Counted from the first letter of the whole stretch, positions 39,939 through 52,529 are shown. The stretch is 62,273 nt of DNA, filler included, from 11 parts of 11 records of this genome joined end to end with filler, not necessarily neighbours in it, one strand, 5' to 3'. The notes: generated from the sequence alone by a model not told the origin. Numbers and translations: made by a program.

Positions 39939-40512
39939 GGGCGACGTGGTCAGCCTGGTCGAGAAGGCTGCCGAGACCATCGAGGTCGAGGAAGCCGAAC
40001 GCATCGCCAAGAAGATGCAGAAGGGCGCCTTCGATCTTGAAGACATGCTGTCGCAGCTTCGTCAGGTGAAGAAGATGGGCGGCCTCGGTGGCGTCATGTC
40101 CATGCTTCCGGGCATGGGCAAGCTGCAGAAACAGATGGCCGGCGCCAATATGGACGACAGCGTCATCAAGAAACAGGAAGCGATCATCCTCTCCATGACC
40201 AAGGTGGAGCGGAAGAACGTGAAACTGATGAATGCCTCGCGCCGCCGCCGTATCGCGGCTGGTTCCGGGACCAGCGTTCAGGAAGTGAATAAGCTCCTGA
40301 AGCAGCACCAGGACATGACGCGGGTGATGAAACAGATGGGCAAGAAGGGCGGCATGAAGGGCCTCGGGGCACTTCTCGGCGGCGGGGGCGGCATGCCAGG
40401 CATGCCATCGCCCGGCCAGATGCCCGGTCAAATACCGCCAGGTCTTGGCGGTCAGGGAATGCCGAAGCTTCCGGGAGGCATGCTGCCGCCCGGTTTCCCC
40501 GGCAAAAAGTAA
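39939..40512 (+). CDS. ffh: Signal recognition particle protein, C-terminal M domain
   Basis: DVVSLVEKA, KKMGG, SMTKVER and SRRRRIAAGSGT; Met/Gly-rich tail. Confidence 0.96.
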
Positions 40513-40558
40513 TCGAACACACGTGAAAAGCTAAGAGCGTTACTGAAAGGAATAATCA

Positions 40559-41008
40559 ATGTCACTTCGCATTCGTCTGTCGCGCGGCGGCGCCAAGAAG
40601 CGCCCGTTCTACCGCATCGTTGTCGCCGAGGGCACGTCCCCGCGCGATGGCCTCTTCATCGAGCGTCTGGGCACGTACAACCCGATGCTGCCGAAGGGTC
40701 ACGAAGCACGTCTGGTGGTCAAGGAAGACCGCATCAAGCATTGGATGTCCGTTGGCGCCAAGCCGACCGACCGTGTCCACAAGATGCTGGCCAGCATCGA
40801 GCTGCTTGAGAAATTCGAATATCGCGATCAGCCGAAGAAATCCGCTCCGGGCCGCAAGCGCCAGGAACGTGAGGAAGAAGAAGCCCAGAAGGCTGCTGAC
40901 GCTGCCGAAGCTGCTGCCGCCGAGGCCGCCGCTGCTGCTGAAGCCGCTGCTGCCGCAGCCGAGGCTCCGGCCGAGGAAGCTCCGGCTGAGGAAAAGTCCG
41001 AGGGTTAA
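40559..41008 (+). CDS. rpsP: 30S ribosomal protein S16
   Basis: [19 protein letters not shown]...PRDG...LGTYNP; Ala/Glu-rich tail. Confidence 0.98.
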   Translation: MSLRIRLSRGGAKKRPFYRIVVAEGTSPRDGLFIERLGTYNPMLPKGHEARLVVKEDRIKHWMSVGAKPTDRVHKMLASIELLEKFEYRDQPKKSAPGRKRQEREEEEAQKAADAAEAAAAEAAAAAEAAAAAAEAPAEEAPAEEKSEG

Positions 41009-41014
41009 GACCTT

Positions 41015-41557
41015 ATGGCCGAGCCGGTCACACTCGGCGTCATCGTCGGCGTACATGGGGTGCGAGGTCTGGTCCGGGTGAAGAGTTTCACCGAGGATCC
41101 GGACAATATCACTGCCTATGGCCCGCTGAAGGACGCCGCCGGGAAGAGCTACGAGCTTGAGGTGACCGGCCGGGCAAAGGGCGTGCTGCTGGTGCGCATT
41201 GCCGGTATCCGAGACCGGAATGAAGCCGAGGCCCTGAAGGGCACCGAGCTTCAGATCGACCGGGATCGGCTGCCGGAAGCGGACGAGGACGAGTTCTATC
41301 ACGCGGACCTGATCGGCCTTCGGGCGGACTTGGTCGCGGGGGAATGTCTCGGGCAGGTGGTCGCGGTGCAGAATTTCGGCGCCGGTGACCTTCTGGAAAT
41401 CCGGCTCGACGGTAGCCGCAAAACGGTACTGGTGCCGTTCAACGGTGAGGTGGTGCCGGAAATCGATCTCGATGCAGGCCGATTGGTGGTCGATCCGCCG
41501 GCAGGCCTGCTTGAGGATGACGAGCCCGGTGCCGAAGGCTCTGGTGATGAGCGCTGA
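41015..41557 (+). CDS. rimM: Ribosome maturation factor RimM
   Basis: [22 protein letters not shown] and [10 protein letters not shown]; position in the operon. Confidence 0.96.
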   Translation: MAEPVTLGVIVGVHGVRGLVRVKSFTEDPDNITAYGPLKDAAGKSYELEVTGRAKGVLLVRIAGIRDRNEAEALKGTELQIDRDRLPEADEDEFYHADLIGLRADLVAGECLGQVVAVQNFGAGDLLEIRLDGSRKTVLVPFNGEVVPEIDLDAGRLVVDPPAGLLEDDEPGAEGSGDER

Positions 41558-42260
41558 GGACGGCGTGCCCTGGCAGGCGACCGTGCTCAGTCTGTTCCCG
41601 GAAATGTTCCCGGGGCCGCTGGGCCACTCGATTGCCGACAAGGCCCGGAAGTCCGGGCTTTGGAGCCTGAAATCTCTGGACATCAGGGATTTTGCACGCG
41701 ATAAGCACCGCTCCGTAGACGAAACCCCTTTCGGGGGCGGCTCCGGAATGGTGATGCGGCCCAATGTGGTCGACGCGGCTCTGGCCTCTGTCGACGACAT
41801 GCCGGGGCGGCGGATTTATCTCAGCCCGCGCGGTGCCCGGTTCGACCAGGTGATGGCGCGGGAGCTTGCGGCAGAACCCGGTGTGGTACTGCTTTGCGGG
41901 CGTTACGAAGGCCTTGACCAGCGGGTGATCGATGCCCGTGGCCTGGAAGAGGTCAGTCTTGGGGATTTCGTGCTTTCGGGCGGCGAGATCCCGGCCCTGG
42001 CGCTGCTGGATGCCTGCATCCGCCTGCTGCCGGGCGTACTCGGAGCGGCGGAAACGCTGGACGAGGAAAGTTTTGAAGAGGGGCTGCTTGAGTATCCCCA
42101 CTATACGCATCCTCGGGAATGGAACGGTGTGTCCGTCCCCGAGATCCTGCTTTCCGGCCACCACGCCAAGATCCGATCCTGGCGGCGGGAACAGTCGGAA
42201 GAGATCACGCGGCAGCGCCGGCCCGATCTTTGGGCCCGTTATCGCGGATCGGAAGAGTGA
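41547..42260 (+). CDS. trmD: tRNA (guanine37-N1)-methyltransferase
   Basis: [38 protein letters not shown] and LLSGHH. Confidence 0.97.
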   Translation: MSAEDGVPWQATVLSLFPEMFPGPLGHSIADKARKSGLWSLKSLDIRDFARDKHRSVDETPFGGGSGMVMRPNVVDAALASVDDMPGRRIYLSPRGARFDQVMARELAAEPGVVLLCGRYEGLDQRVIDARGLEEVSLGDFVLSGGEIPALALLDACIRLLPGVLGAAETLDEESFEEGLLEYPHYTHPREWNGVSVPEILLSGHHAKIRSWRREQSEEITRQRRPDLWARYRGSEE

Positions 42261-42429
42261 GCGGCATGGACGGTCTGGCTGTCCGGATCTCGCTCGAACG
42301 GTAGCGGCACGCCGCTCCTCTGCGGTCCGGTAACCGGGCACGCAAGAGCCGTGTGTTTTATAGAAGAAGCCGGTATTCACCGGTCCCTGGATGGACCGGT
42401 CGCCACTGGCGCGTATTGGAGAATGAAGA

Positions 42430-42810
42430 ATGAATATCGTTCAACAGATCGAAAAAGAGCAGGTTGAAAAGCTCTCTTCCGAACGTCCGGTTCCGGAATT
42501 CGGCCCCGGTGACACCGTGCGTGTCAACGTGCGTGTCGTCGAAGGCACCCGCGAGCGTGTCCAGGCCTATGAAGGCGTCTGCATCGCGCGCAAGAATGAC
42601 GGCCTGAACTCCGCTTTCACCGTCCGCAAGATCTCCTATGGCGAAGGCGTCGAGCGCGTGTTTCCGCTCTACTCCCCGCGTCTGGACAGCATTGAGGTGG
42701 TTCGCCGCGGTAAAGTGCGCCGCGCGAAGCTCTACTATCTGCGCGGCCGTCGCGGTAAATCGGCGCGTATCGCCGAGAAGAACACCTGGACCAAGAACAA
42801 GTCTGCTTAA
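42430..42810 (+). CDS. rplS: 50S ribosomal protein L19
   Basis: [25 protein letters not shown] and [12 protein letters not shown]. Confidence 0.98.
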   Translation: MNIVQQIEKEQVEKLSSERPVPEFGPGDTVRVNVRVVEGTRERVQAYEGVCIARKNDGLNSAFTVRKISYGEGVERVFPLYSPRLDSIEVVRRGKVRRAKLYYLRGRRGKSARIAEKNTWTKNKSA

Positions 42811-42835
42811 GCATTGGTCTCATATTGAATTCCGG

Positions 42836-42867
42836 ACGGGAGCGCCTTGGCGCTCCCGTTTGCGTTT
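42836..42867 (+). terminator. Terminator after rplS
   Basis: ACGGGAGCGCC-tt-GGCGCTCCCGT followed by TTGCGTTT. Confidence 0.75.
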
Positions 42868-42872
42868 GAGGG

Positions 42873-43631
42873 TCAGCTGAACAGCGTCCCGCATCCAATC
42901 ACGGCCAGCAGCAGATAGGCGATGCGGCGGAAAGTCTGTTCGCTCGCCTTGTAGAACAACCTTCCGCCAAGCCAGATGCCGCCCACATAGAAGGGGGCGA
43001 GCACGGCGCCGAGCAGCATGCGCTCGGGTGTGAGCACACCGAACCAGAAATAGCTGGCAACCACGAAGACGAAGCCTATCTGGAAAAACGCGGTGATGTT
43101 GGCCCGCACCGCCGCCGGGGCATAGGGGCCGGAGAGCAGATAGAAGATGATCGGTGGCCCGCCCAGCCCGGTCGATCCGTTCAGGAAGCCGGCGACGGCG
43201 CCAACCGCGACATCAATGCCGAGCCGGCGGGAAATCGTGTGCCGGTATCCGCTCGCCAGCAGCACAACCAGAAGCAGGACGATGCCGGAAATCAGCCGCC
43301 GCAGCAGGTCCTGATCGATGCTCACCAGAATCCAGGTGCCGAGCGGCAGGGCGATGATACCGCCGAGCGCCATGGGGGCCGCCTGTTTCCAGTCCGCCTC
43401 CCGGCGCGACATGCGCAGAAGCTGGATCTGTGCCGGCATCTCCATCGTCGTCAGGCAGGCAAGGGCGGTTTGCGGCCCGAACAGCAGGCTCAGCAAGGGG
43501 ATCGAGATCATGGCCGCGCCAAACCCGGAAAAGCCGCGAACCAGACCGGCCAGACCAACCGCAACGGCGCCGAAACCGAGCTGCCAGAGGCTGGCCGCTT
43601 CCAATATGGAAGTAATCGAGTTCAGATCCAT
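42873..43631 (-). CDS. Sulfite exporter TauE/SafE family protein
   Basis: LAGLVRGFSGFGAA and GSTGLGGPP; about 8 TM helices. Confidence 0.88.
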   Translation of the reverse strand: MDLNSITSILEAASLWQLGFGAVAVGLAGLVRGFSGFGAAMISIPLLSLLFGPQTALACLTTMEMPAQIQLLRMSRREADWKQAAPMALGGIIALPLGTWILVSIDQDLLRRLISGIVLLLVVLLASGYRHTISRRLGIDVAVGAVAGFLNGSTGLGGPPIIFYLLSGPYAPAAVRANITAFFQIGFVFVVASYFWFGVLTPERMLLGAVLAPFYVGGIWLGGRLFYKASEQTFRRIAYLLLAVIGCGTLFS

Positions 43632-43831
43632 TCGGGATTGGCCTTTATCGGTTTGATTATTTCTAAAAAGCCCGGATTTACCGCAAGATTCAGCTTTTGT
43701 CGCCGGGGGCGACTCGGTATGCTCCGGTCCCCGTCGTGAGTGACGAGAGATATGGTGCCGCAGTACCCGGAGGGCGTTTGCCCTCAAATAAACCGGGGCC
43801 GCGCAGAGAGACGAGAGGAAGCATAGCAGCG

Positions 43832-44821
<990 letters not shown>

Positions 44822-44921
44822 NNNNNNNNNNNNNNNNNNNNNNNNNNNNNNNNNNNNNNNNNNNNTTAATTAATTAANNNNNNNNNNNNNNNNNNNNNNN
44901 NNNNNNNNNNNNNNNNNNNNN

Positions 44922-45873
44922 AAACACAGTAGATTCCTTTCTTTTTCATGTGCTCGATAAACCATGTGCGTTGCTTCAGGTCTTTGAGAAGCAGGTAATA
45001 CATGTGGGCGTTGTGCACGCTGTTTTCAGGAATTCTGGGGCGATGAATATCACTGGATGTTTCCAGTGTTTCGAAAGCACTGTGATATTTGTCCCACAAG
45101 GTGAGCCTGTTCATGGTGATATTGTCGGCTTCCTGCATTTGTGCCCAAAGGAATGCTGCGACGATCTCGCCAGGCAGGTACGAGGAGCCAATGTCCACCC
45201 AAGTGTACTTGTCCACTTGGCCACGAAAAAAAAGGCTGCGGTTGGTACCTTTTTCGCGGATGATTTCTCCACGTTCGACCAGCCGTTCATCGTTGATCAG
45301 CAGTGCACCACCTTCACCCGATATAATATTTTTTGTTTCGTGAAAGGAATAACAGCCAATATGCCCGATGGTTCCGAGGGGGCGCCCCTTGTAGCTTGCC
45401 ATGACAGCTTGCGCGGCATCTTCAATCACCAGAAGACCGTGACGGCGCGCAATGTCCATGATCACATCCATCTCGCAGGCAACGCCCGCGTAATGCACAG
45501 GGACGATCGCCTTTGTTCTTCCAGTGATGGCGCTTTCTATCAGTGACTCGTCGATATTCAGTGTGTCTGGTCGGATGTCAACAAACACAGGTACTGCGCC
45601 ACGCAATACGAACGCATTCGCCGTCGAGACGAATGTGTAGGATGGCATGATGACTTCATCGCCAGGTTGAATGTCAGCAAGAATTGCGGCTATTTCCAGC
45701 GCTGCGGTGCATGAGTGCGTCAGCAAGGCCTTGTGGCACCCCGTGGACTTTTCCAGCCAAGTACTGCAGAGTTTCGTGAAATGCCCGTCGCCTGCGAGCT
45801 GTCCTCGTGTATGCGCCTCTGCGATATAGTGTAATTCTTTGCCGGTGAGGTAAGGTTTATTGAATGGAATCAT
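44922..45873 (-). CDS. wecE: dTDP-4-amino-4,6-dideoxygalactose transaminase (3' end truncated)
   Basis: MIPFNKP, SCTAALE, SYTFVSTANAF, EDAAQ, SFHETKN and FFRGQVDKYTW. Confidence 0.92.
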
Positions 45874-45969
45874 CGCTTTGAGTTTCTATTTGTCGAATTA
45901 GGACATTCTTGATTGGCTTTCTTAGGTCTGCCAAAAGGACTTGCACACCTCCAAAACCTTCCGTATCCG

Positions 45970-46758
45970 TTATTGATCTCCACGCAACCAGTGCAGGGTC
46001 ATTTCTGGAGGGAAAAACCTGAAGTTCAACTTGGAATACAGGTTGAGAACAGGCGTGTTTCTGGCTGAAATTGTTGTTAAAATAGATTGCTTACCTGCAT
46101 CGCGATGATAAAACATCATAGCTTTCCATATCTCAGTTCCCATTTTTTGTCCCTTAAAGTCTGGGTTTGTCGCAGTAAGGTGCCAATAGACCATACCGTC
46201 TGATTTGTTTTCCACAACAAAAAATCCTACCAGATCATTCAGACGCGTTATTTTGAGAAGAATTTGTTTTTCATCATGGAAGCTGTTGTGAATCCACTTT
46301 CCATAACGCTTGTCTGCGAGCTTGGAATTAATTCTTGGATCCACATGGTAGCGCTCAAAACCAAACGAACGCTCCGCCAGTGAGGCAACAATAGCCACTT
46401 CGTCTGCCCTTACTGGCTCTACCCGTAGCTCGGTTTTAAGCACAGGTAGAGTTCGCAGTCTGCCAAATGTTGGGTGCAGCACCATTTCAACAAATCGGAA
46501 TCCTCGACTTTCAAGAAACATTGAAGAAGTTAATTGATCTTGGGGCAGACGACACGATATAAGATCAACTGACCTCGCATTGACCCATTCTTCGAACTGC
46601 TCGAAAGCTTTGGCAGCTTTGTCCGCTTTGTATATTTCGATTGTTTTAATGGATGCAACATTAAAGCCAAATATCTCTTGATCGTGAAAAACCTGGCCAG
46701 CATGAATTTTCAACCCAGCGGTTTCCAATTCAAATGTATCGGCATCATTCATGGTCAT
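45970..46758 (-). CDS. GNAT acetyltransferase, WecD (TDP-fucosamine acetyltransferase)-like
   Basis: RYHVDPR...RYGKWI, FKGQKMG and NTPVLNLYSKLNF; upstream of wecE. Confidence 0.7.
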   Translation of the reverse strand: MTMNDADTFELETAGLKIHAGQVFHDQEIFGFNVASIKTIEIYKADKAAKAFEQFEEWVNARSVDLISCRLPQDQLTSSMFLESRGFRFVEMVLHPTFGRLRTLPVLKTELRVEPVRADEVAIVASLAERSFGFERYHVDPRINSKLADKRYGKWIHNSFHDEKQILLKITRLNDLVGFFVVENKSDGMVYWHLTATNPDFKGQKMGTEIWKAMMFYHRDAGKQSILTTISARNTPVLNLYSKLNFRFFPPEMTLHWLRGDQ

Positions 46759-46802
46759 GAAGCGTCTCGTTTTGTGAATGAGCGAATGAAAATACCTTGG
46801 TT

Positions 46803-47963
46803 TCAGACAATTCCTGACGGAGTACCAGTCTCTAACCAAGTCAGGAAACGATGAATCTGATATTGCCAAGTGTGTTGTTGATTGAACCCCTCGATTTTTT
46901 GACAGAGATCAATGTAAGTATTTTGATCCAGCGCCAGTGTACTTCTGAGTGAATCCGCAAGCGCTGTTTCGGTCTCATCCTTTACGCGCACCAAAACCTC
47001 GGCATATTCCGGACCCATGCCTTCTGTGAATGTCGAGATGACTGGTTTGCCGTAGGCGAGGTAATGCAAAAGTTTTGAAGGGTAATTGAGTTTGTTGGGT
47101 GCAAATGAGCTAGGCCTTGGGTTGACGAAGGCATACACCGATGTTGCCAGGCGATCCAGTTCTTCGGTGTCGACAAACCCTTTGATCTTGATTCTGAAAT
47201 CTTCTTTGGCAATTTGCTCAAGTTCGGGATTTCTGCCTCGCCCGCAGATCCACAACTCAACATTTTTGTCTTGTAGTTGGACGAATGCACGCGCGAGTTG
47301 TGTCACGCCACCATGCTCGGTTAGGGCTCCCATGTACATCAGTACTTTGAGGCTTTGATCCGACGCTTGTTGAAATGCAGGGATGGCTGCGCGATTGACC
47401 TCTGCAATGCCGCCATCAAGATGCATGCATTGCTGGAGTGGCTGCGCTGACTGAAAGTTTGACCAAGGCAGGTAGATGTAGCGATCTGCTCCCGCTGGTA
47501 TAGCACCATCTGCAACAATGCAAATCCACGGCACGCCATGGTGTTTTCGCAGGTGTCTCACCATGCGGATGGCCGGGGGTTGTTCCTCAGCGTGTTCGAG
47601 ACAGGAAAACACCACGGCATAATCTGGTCTGCCACTAGGTTGCTTGATTCTGGACAGAACGGCATGGCGCAGGTTGATGTATTGCGTTAACTCTCTTAAG
47701 ACAGGCAAATTCACATAGCCGCTTGTCGAGCCCGGAAAGCCAGGAAGCAGTGTGGCTTGCGCCTTGCGCACGAGTAATCTTCCGAAGGGCCAAATCCGCT
47801 CTGCCGGGTAGCCAACAATTTCGGTCGTCGACCCGGTATTTTTCAGTGTTTCTAGAAAGCCTTTTTGCCAGAAGTTGGAGGCAGCACTGATGGACTTGAA
47901 TGCATGAACGGTGTTGTCATCGAAGACACCGTCAAGCCAAAGAAATTTGTGTTTTTTAGCCAT
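46803..47963 (-). CDS. Glycosyltransferase (GT4-like)
   Basis: YMGAL...GV, LWICGRG and PSKLLHYLAYGKPVIST. Confidence 0.82.
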   Translation of the reverse strand: MAKKHKFLWLDGVFDDNTVHAFKSISAASNFWQKGFLETLKNTGSTTEIVGYPAERIWPFGRLLVRKAQATLLPGFPGSTSGYVNLPVLRELTQYINLRHAVLSRIKQPSGRPDYAVVFSCLEHAEEQPPAIRMVRHLRKHHGVPWICIVADGAIPAGADRYIYLPWSNFQSAQPLQQCMHLDGGIAEVNRAAIPAFQQASDQSLKVLMYMGALTEHGGVTQLARAFVQLQDKNVELWICGRGRNPELEQIAKEDFRIKIKGFVDTEELDRLATSVYAFVNPRPSSFAPNKLNYPSKLLHYLAYGKPVISTFTEGMGPEYAEVLVRVKDETETALADSLRSTLALDQNTYIDLCQKIEGFNQQHTWQYQIHRFLTWLETGTPSGIV

Positions 47964-49215
47964 TTATATGTCTCGCGTTCATTGCAGGCTCGTTTGCCTT
48001 GTTAATAATTGTCCGGGAACAGGCAAGAGGAAGCAGAACCAGGCAAAACAGCACAACTTTGTTGGGACTGAAAACGCCACCGTTTTGCATCAAGATTGCT
48101 AGCACGATAATTACGGCAAATGACGCCACTTTCATTGGCTTGCCGAGGCTGTAGGTCGTACGTATCAGACGAAAAAGGTAAATTAGTCCACCAACCCCTG
48201 ATATGGCAACAATATAAAAAAGACCGTTGTGAATTCCAACTTCAGGAAGCATGGCGACGTCGCTTACCCCTCTGATCATGTCGAGCAAATCAAGTTCGAA
48301 AAAAAATCCAAAGCGCTGGTCGAAACTGAGGCTCTCCCCCATCGTCAACCGGTAAATGAAATAGTCGTAGCTGAACACCACAAATGCGGCCCCGAAAATC
48401 AGTGCTATGAACAAGGAAATACCACGTTTCTTCCCGACAAGTTGTTGCCTTACAAACAAGAAGTAAATTGAGACCAAGGCATAGATAATTGAGCTGAAAG
48501 ATTGTATGTAGAGCAGACCAAGGGTTGCAAGGTAGGGTGCCATATTCATGACCTTTGCTGAAATGCCTCGATTTGATAATTTACTCTGCACGTCACTAGG
48601 TCGCGTCAGCAGCGATGATGTCAGGACATGACACCCAAGGCATGTGAACAACACAATTGCAAGGAAACTTGGCTCACCATAAAAAAGATCAATCCGTTCG
48701 TTTTCTCCCATCAGTGCCAGAAAAGCTTGATTTTCGAAAAGTGCATCGGCATCTGTGAAATTGTCGATCAATCTCGAGTTTTGTTGGACCATAGCCTCGC
48801 GAGTGAGGAAAGGAATAATGTTAGATTCGGAAATCAGGAGAATTCCAACCAATATCAGAATGACCGCACTGCAGACGCTTCTTAGCGTTACAAGCAGTTT
48901 CTCCGGACGGTTGACCTGAACGAGTGGCAAATGAAAAATTGCTGCTGCGTAGACCAAGATGGCTAGGGCGGTGAGGAAAATATTGGACGAATTTGTCGAA
49001 ATGACCAGGGGGGAGGAGATAGCTGTCATGGAAAAAGATATAGCGAATGCCATGTACCCAACAGCATCCAGTAGGCCATTTCTGATACGACCACCCGCGG
49101 ACAATACCAATGATGCAAGAATGAAAAGTGCCAGAATCTGAAAAGACAAGTAGTAGGAGACTCCTACTTGCAGAAAAATCAGTGACAAGATCAAGAGTGG
49201 CCTGCCCAACCTCAA
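47956..49215 (-). CDS. Putative O-antigen polymerase (Wzy-like) membrane protein
   Basis: About 10 TM helices, FYGEPSF and GIHNG motifs; lies between glycosyltransferase genes. Confidence 0.65.
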   Translation of the reverse strand: MRLGRPLLILSLIFLQVGVSYYLSFQILALFILASLVLSAGGRIRNGLLDAVGYMAFAISFSMTAISSPLVISTNSSNIFLTALAILVYAAAIFHLPLVQVNRPEKLLVTLRSVCSAVILILVGILLISESNIIPFLTREAMVQQNSRLIDNFTDADALFENQAFLALMGENERIDLFYGEPSFLAIVLFTCLGCHVLTSSLLTRPSDVQSKLSNRGISAKVMNMAPYLATLGLLYIQSFSSIIYALVSIYFLFVRQQLVGKKRGISLFIALIFGAAFVVFSYDYFIYRLTMGESLSFDQRFGFFFELDLLDMIRGVSDVAMLPEVGIHNGLFYIVAISGVGGLIYLFRLIRTTYSLGKPMKVASFAVIIVLAILMQNGGVFSPNKVVLFCLVLLPLACSRTIINKANEPAMNARHING

Positions 49216-50507
49216 TGCAATTCCTTTGTTTTATTAATGGCGCGGAGGAGTGTGGTGGCATACCCCTCGAAAGACAGCACAGACGGTTGAGTTCCGTTAT
49301 CTGAGACGGATTGTGAACGCAGCCGTTTTGCAGAAAAACTTTCTGTGTAGTCACACAGGGCTTGAGCGATGGCGTTGTCGCTCAAGTCCTGTGTGATTTG
49401 TCCAATGTGTTCTGAAATGATCAAGTCTTTTGCTACCCCAATAGGAGTCGAAATGACGAAAACTCCTAACGCAACACACTCGTTGATCATCAACGGGCCA
49501 GCATCCTCGCGCGAGGTCACAAGCAGCGCGTCAGCCTTTTCATACATCGCGAAAAGCCCTCTCCGGTCCACGTGGCCCATCGATTCGTGATCTACATGCG
49601 CGTCGATCCCCGCGTTGCTCAAGGTGGCATCTCCGATCGAGATAATTGAAAGCTTGCTACGAAGATTCGGTGTCCGTTGACTCAAGATCTTGAGGGCGGA
49701 GATCAACAAATCACATCCCTTGCGTTGCTCGCTGCTGGAACGCACTAAGACAGTCAGTTTTTTCGGGCAATCGGAATGCTTGCCATGCGCATATGTACGT
49801 CGCATTTGGAAGCAGTTTTGCTCCATGCTGGAGATCGCGCCGAGGGGAATGACCAGTGATTTAGCTGATTGCAGCGCGCTGGATCGTTTCCCCATTTCTT
49901 GCAGATTCGTAGTTGGATAAACAACGGTCGGCTTGATTTGCTCAAGCAGCGATTTTTTCTGCATGAAACCCCGGGAGATTCGGCGCTGCAACCAATCCAA
50001 ATTCGTACCAGGGCAGTTCTCGCAGGATTTCATGTAGCCTTCACACCCATGGGAATAGTGGCAACCCCCGGTGAGAAATGCTTCATCTGTGCAAGTCAGT
50101 ATGATGGGCACTTCGGGATGCTTGCGCTGCAAGGCCAGCATTGTATCGAAGCCAACAAAATAGGATGTCCAGTAAAAAATGAAGGCGGTTGGTGTGAAGT
50201 TCTTGATGGCCTGTTGTATGTCCTGTGGGCCCACGGGGCATTTTTCGATGCCAAACATAGCATAGCTGTTGTTCATCAGGCCAAGCTTGCCCAGCAAGTT
50301 TAAAGTATGTGCCCGAAAGGATGCACTGACTCGGGATATTGGTTTTATGGTGATCACACCTCGAAGACTGTCGCGGTCTCGTGTCAGCACAAGGGACGAT
50401 AGCCCCATTCCTTGCATTGCGATGTGCAGGTTCCGGACAAACGCACCGGCGCCTCCTGACAGTTCGGTGGCAATATGCACGACTGTCAAGCTGTGGCCTT
50501 TGTACAC
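49212..50507 (-). CDS. Glycosyltransferase (GT4, WcaC-like)
   Basis: VHIATELSGGAG, LTGGCHY...C...CP and SREDAGPLMINE. Confidence 0.82.
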   Translation of the reverse strand: MYKGHSLTVVHIATELSGGAGAFVRNLHIAMQGMGLSSLVLTRDRDSLRGVITIKPISRVSASFRAHTLNLLGKLGLMNNSYAMFGIEKCPVGPQDIQQAIKNFTPTAFIFYWTSYFVGFDTMLALQRKHPEVPIILTCTDEAFLTGGCHYSHGCEGYMKSCENCPGTNLDWLQRRISRGFMQKKSLLEQIKPTVVYPTTNLQEMGKRSSALQSAKSLVIPLGAISSMEQNCFQMRRTYAHGKHSDCPKKLTVLVRSSSEQRKGCDLLISALKILSQRTPNLRSKLSIISIGDATLSNAGIDAHVDHESMGHVDRRGLFAMYEKADALLVTSREDAGPLMINECVALGVFVISTPIGVAKDLIISEHIGQITQDLSDNAIAQALCDYTESFSAKRLRSQSVSDNGTQPSVLSFEGYATTLLRAINKTKELH

Positions 50508-51113
50508 GTTGTAGACAGGGCCACATTCACTGTGAAATCAGGAATTTTGCCTTGGTAGGCGTATTGCGCGGTGCAGTCGTGACAATCAAGTACTTCTTCG
50601 TTTTCGTGCAGAGCGCCGCCACAAGCAGGGCATGCCATGATAGCCAACAGGTCGAAATTCTTTAGCCGCTGGTTCCGTTTGCGCACATGCCATCGGTTAA
50701 GCATGGCCAGCCCCCATGAGCGCCATCCACTTTCGTCGGTGAGATAACTGTCCTTGATCTCACCTACATTGCTGTCGGTGTTTATTTTTTCAATCCACGC
50801 ACACGAAACTTCGGGGTTTTCAATTTCATATTGAATTGCATCGTTCCATAAGTACCTGACATGAAAATCCTGAGGGTTGTCGAACATGTGTTTGCCCCAA
50901 GGGCTTTCATCGGAAAGCATGGATTTGGTTCCCAAGAAAGTATCTTCCACGCCCTGCTTTTTCTTGTGGATGTGAAGAATACTGTCTTTTTCAGTGATTT
51001 CCAGGCAGTGAATATGGAACGGATTCAGTCGTTCGAAGATTGCATTCGGTGTTTCTATATAACCTGCTTTGCCAACGCGCTGCAATTCCTTGAGAAACAC
51101 TTCAGGTTCGGCC
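50486..51113 (-). CDS. Methyltransferase C-terminal part with a Trm112-like zinc ribbon (5' end truncated)
   Basis: PEVFLKELQRVGKAGYIETP; C-terminal MACPAC...CHDC...KIPDF. Confidence 0.65.
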
Positions 51114-51318
51114 NNNNNNNNNNNNNNNNNNNNNNNNNNNNNNNNNNNNNNNNNNNNTTAATTAATTAANNNNNNNNNNNNNNNNNNNNNNNNNNNNNNN
51201 NNNNNNNNNNNNNGGGCAATGCGGCCGGCCACTTCCCACAGCATCATCCTTTGTCACCCAAGACTTTTCCGCAAAAGATGCGCTTCAATGAGCAATTGGG
51301 TGCCAATCCGGTAGAGAT

Positions 51319-52407
51319 ATGATTATGCAAAACAACGCACTGCCACTGGAGCGAACCCATCTTCGGGAACTGAACGGCTACATTCCCGGTGCGCAGCCCG
51401 ACCTCGCATCGATCAAGCTGAACACCAACGAAAATCCGTTTCCACCTAGCCCTGCAGTAATGGCGGCATTGGCAGATCTTAAGGCAGAGTCGCTCCAACG
51501 CTACCCCGATCCCAGAGCGCGCGCATTTGGGGAGGCGGCGGCTCAACTTCATGGAGTTCAGCCCGCGCAGATCATTGCAACCAATGGCGGTGACGAGTTA
51601 CTTCGACTCGCGCTCACGACATTTGTTGACCCAGGCCGAGCGATCGGAGTCATCACACCGAGCTATGGCGTATACTCAGTCTTGGCCGGGATACACCAGG
51701 CTAAGCTGAGCGCTTGCCCCTTACTGGAAGATTGGACGCTCGCCACGGGGACGGCTGAGCAGTGGAATTCGGATGGCGCGCAACTCGCCCTTCTTACCAA
51801 CCCGCACGCGCCGTCTGGGACGTTGTTCACCTTGCCGGATATAGAACGCCTTGCTGCAGTGTTTCGCGGCGTATTGCTGATCGATGAAGCCTATATAGAT
51901 TTCGTGGCCCCTCCGCTTAAATTCAACACGGTCGGCCTAACAAGCCGATACCCCAACGTCCTGTTGCTGCGGACCTTGAGCAAAGGCTATTCTCTCGCAG
52001 GCCTGCGGCTAGCTTATGGCATAGGTAGCGCCGCCCTCATCGCCCCGATGCTGAACAAGACGAAAGACTCTTACAATGTCGATGCCGTCGCACAAAAGCT
52101 TGGCGTGGCCGCGCTTGAAGATCGCGCGTACGCGGCCAGGAGTTGGGAGCACGTCCAACAGGAGCGAAGCCGGGTCACGCGCAGGCTAGCGCAACTCGGC
52201 TTCGAAGTGGCCCTATCACAAACCAATTTTGTATTGGCGTCTCTTCCACCGCAATCGCGCTGGAGTACCGCGAGTGCTCTTCTCGAAGAGCTCCAGTCTC
52301 GCAATATCTATGTTCGCTGGTTCAATGAACACAGGCTGTCGAACCGACTCCGGATATCGATCGGAACAGCAGCGGAGAATGACGCCCTGCTCCAAGCGCT
52401 TGAGTAA
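51319..52407 (+). CDS. hisC: Histidinol-phosphate aminotransferase-like protein
   Basis: IKLNTNENPFPPS, QRYPDP, NGGDE, DEAYIDF, RTLSKGYSLAGLRLAY and LRISIG. It overlaps the end of an upstream partial ORF by ATGA. Confidence 0.85.
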   Translation: MIMQNNALPLERTHLRELNGYIPGAQPDLASIKLNTNENPFPPSPAVMAALADLKAESLQRYPDPRARAFGEAAAQLHGVQPAQIIATNGGDELLRLALTTFVDPGRAIGVITPSYGVYSVLAGIHQAKLSACPLLEDWTLATGTAEQWNSDGAQLALLTNPHAPSGTLFTLPDIERLAAVFRGVLLIDEAYIDFVAPPLKFNTVGLTSRYPNVLLLRTLSKGYSLAGLRLAYGIGSAALIAPMLNKTKDSYNVDAVAQKLGVAALEDRAYAARSWEHVQQERSRVTRRLAQLGFEVALSQTNFVLASLPPQSRWSTASALLEELQSRNIYVRWFNEHRLSNRLRISIGTAAENDALLQALE

Positions 52408-52529
52408 GCGATAAGCCCGACCAACAGGCGTCGCAGAATGCTCAACCGACGCCAAGCATCTGATGTTTTCAGGCGAAAGACGAATGCTACGTCGCAGAAA
52501 TGAAAAATTGAAATTGCATAGTTCGAATT

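Noticed and set aside
40890-41005. GCTGCTGCC/GAGGC tandem-like repeats
   Set aside because: This is the low-complexity Ala/Glu tail of S16, common in Alphaproteobacteria.
43700-43831. Possible leucine attenuator upstream of leuC
   Set aside because: I found no Leu-rich leader peptide and no U-tailed terminator.
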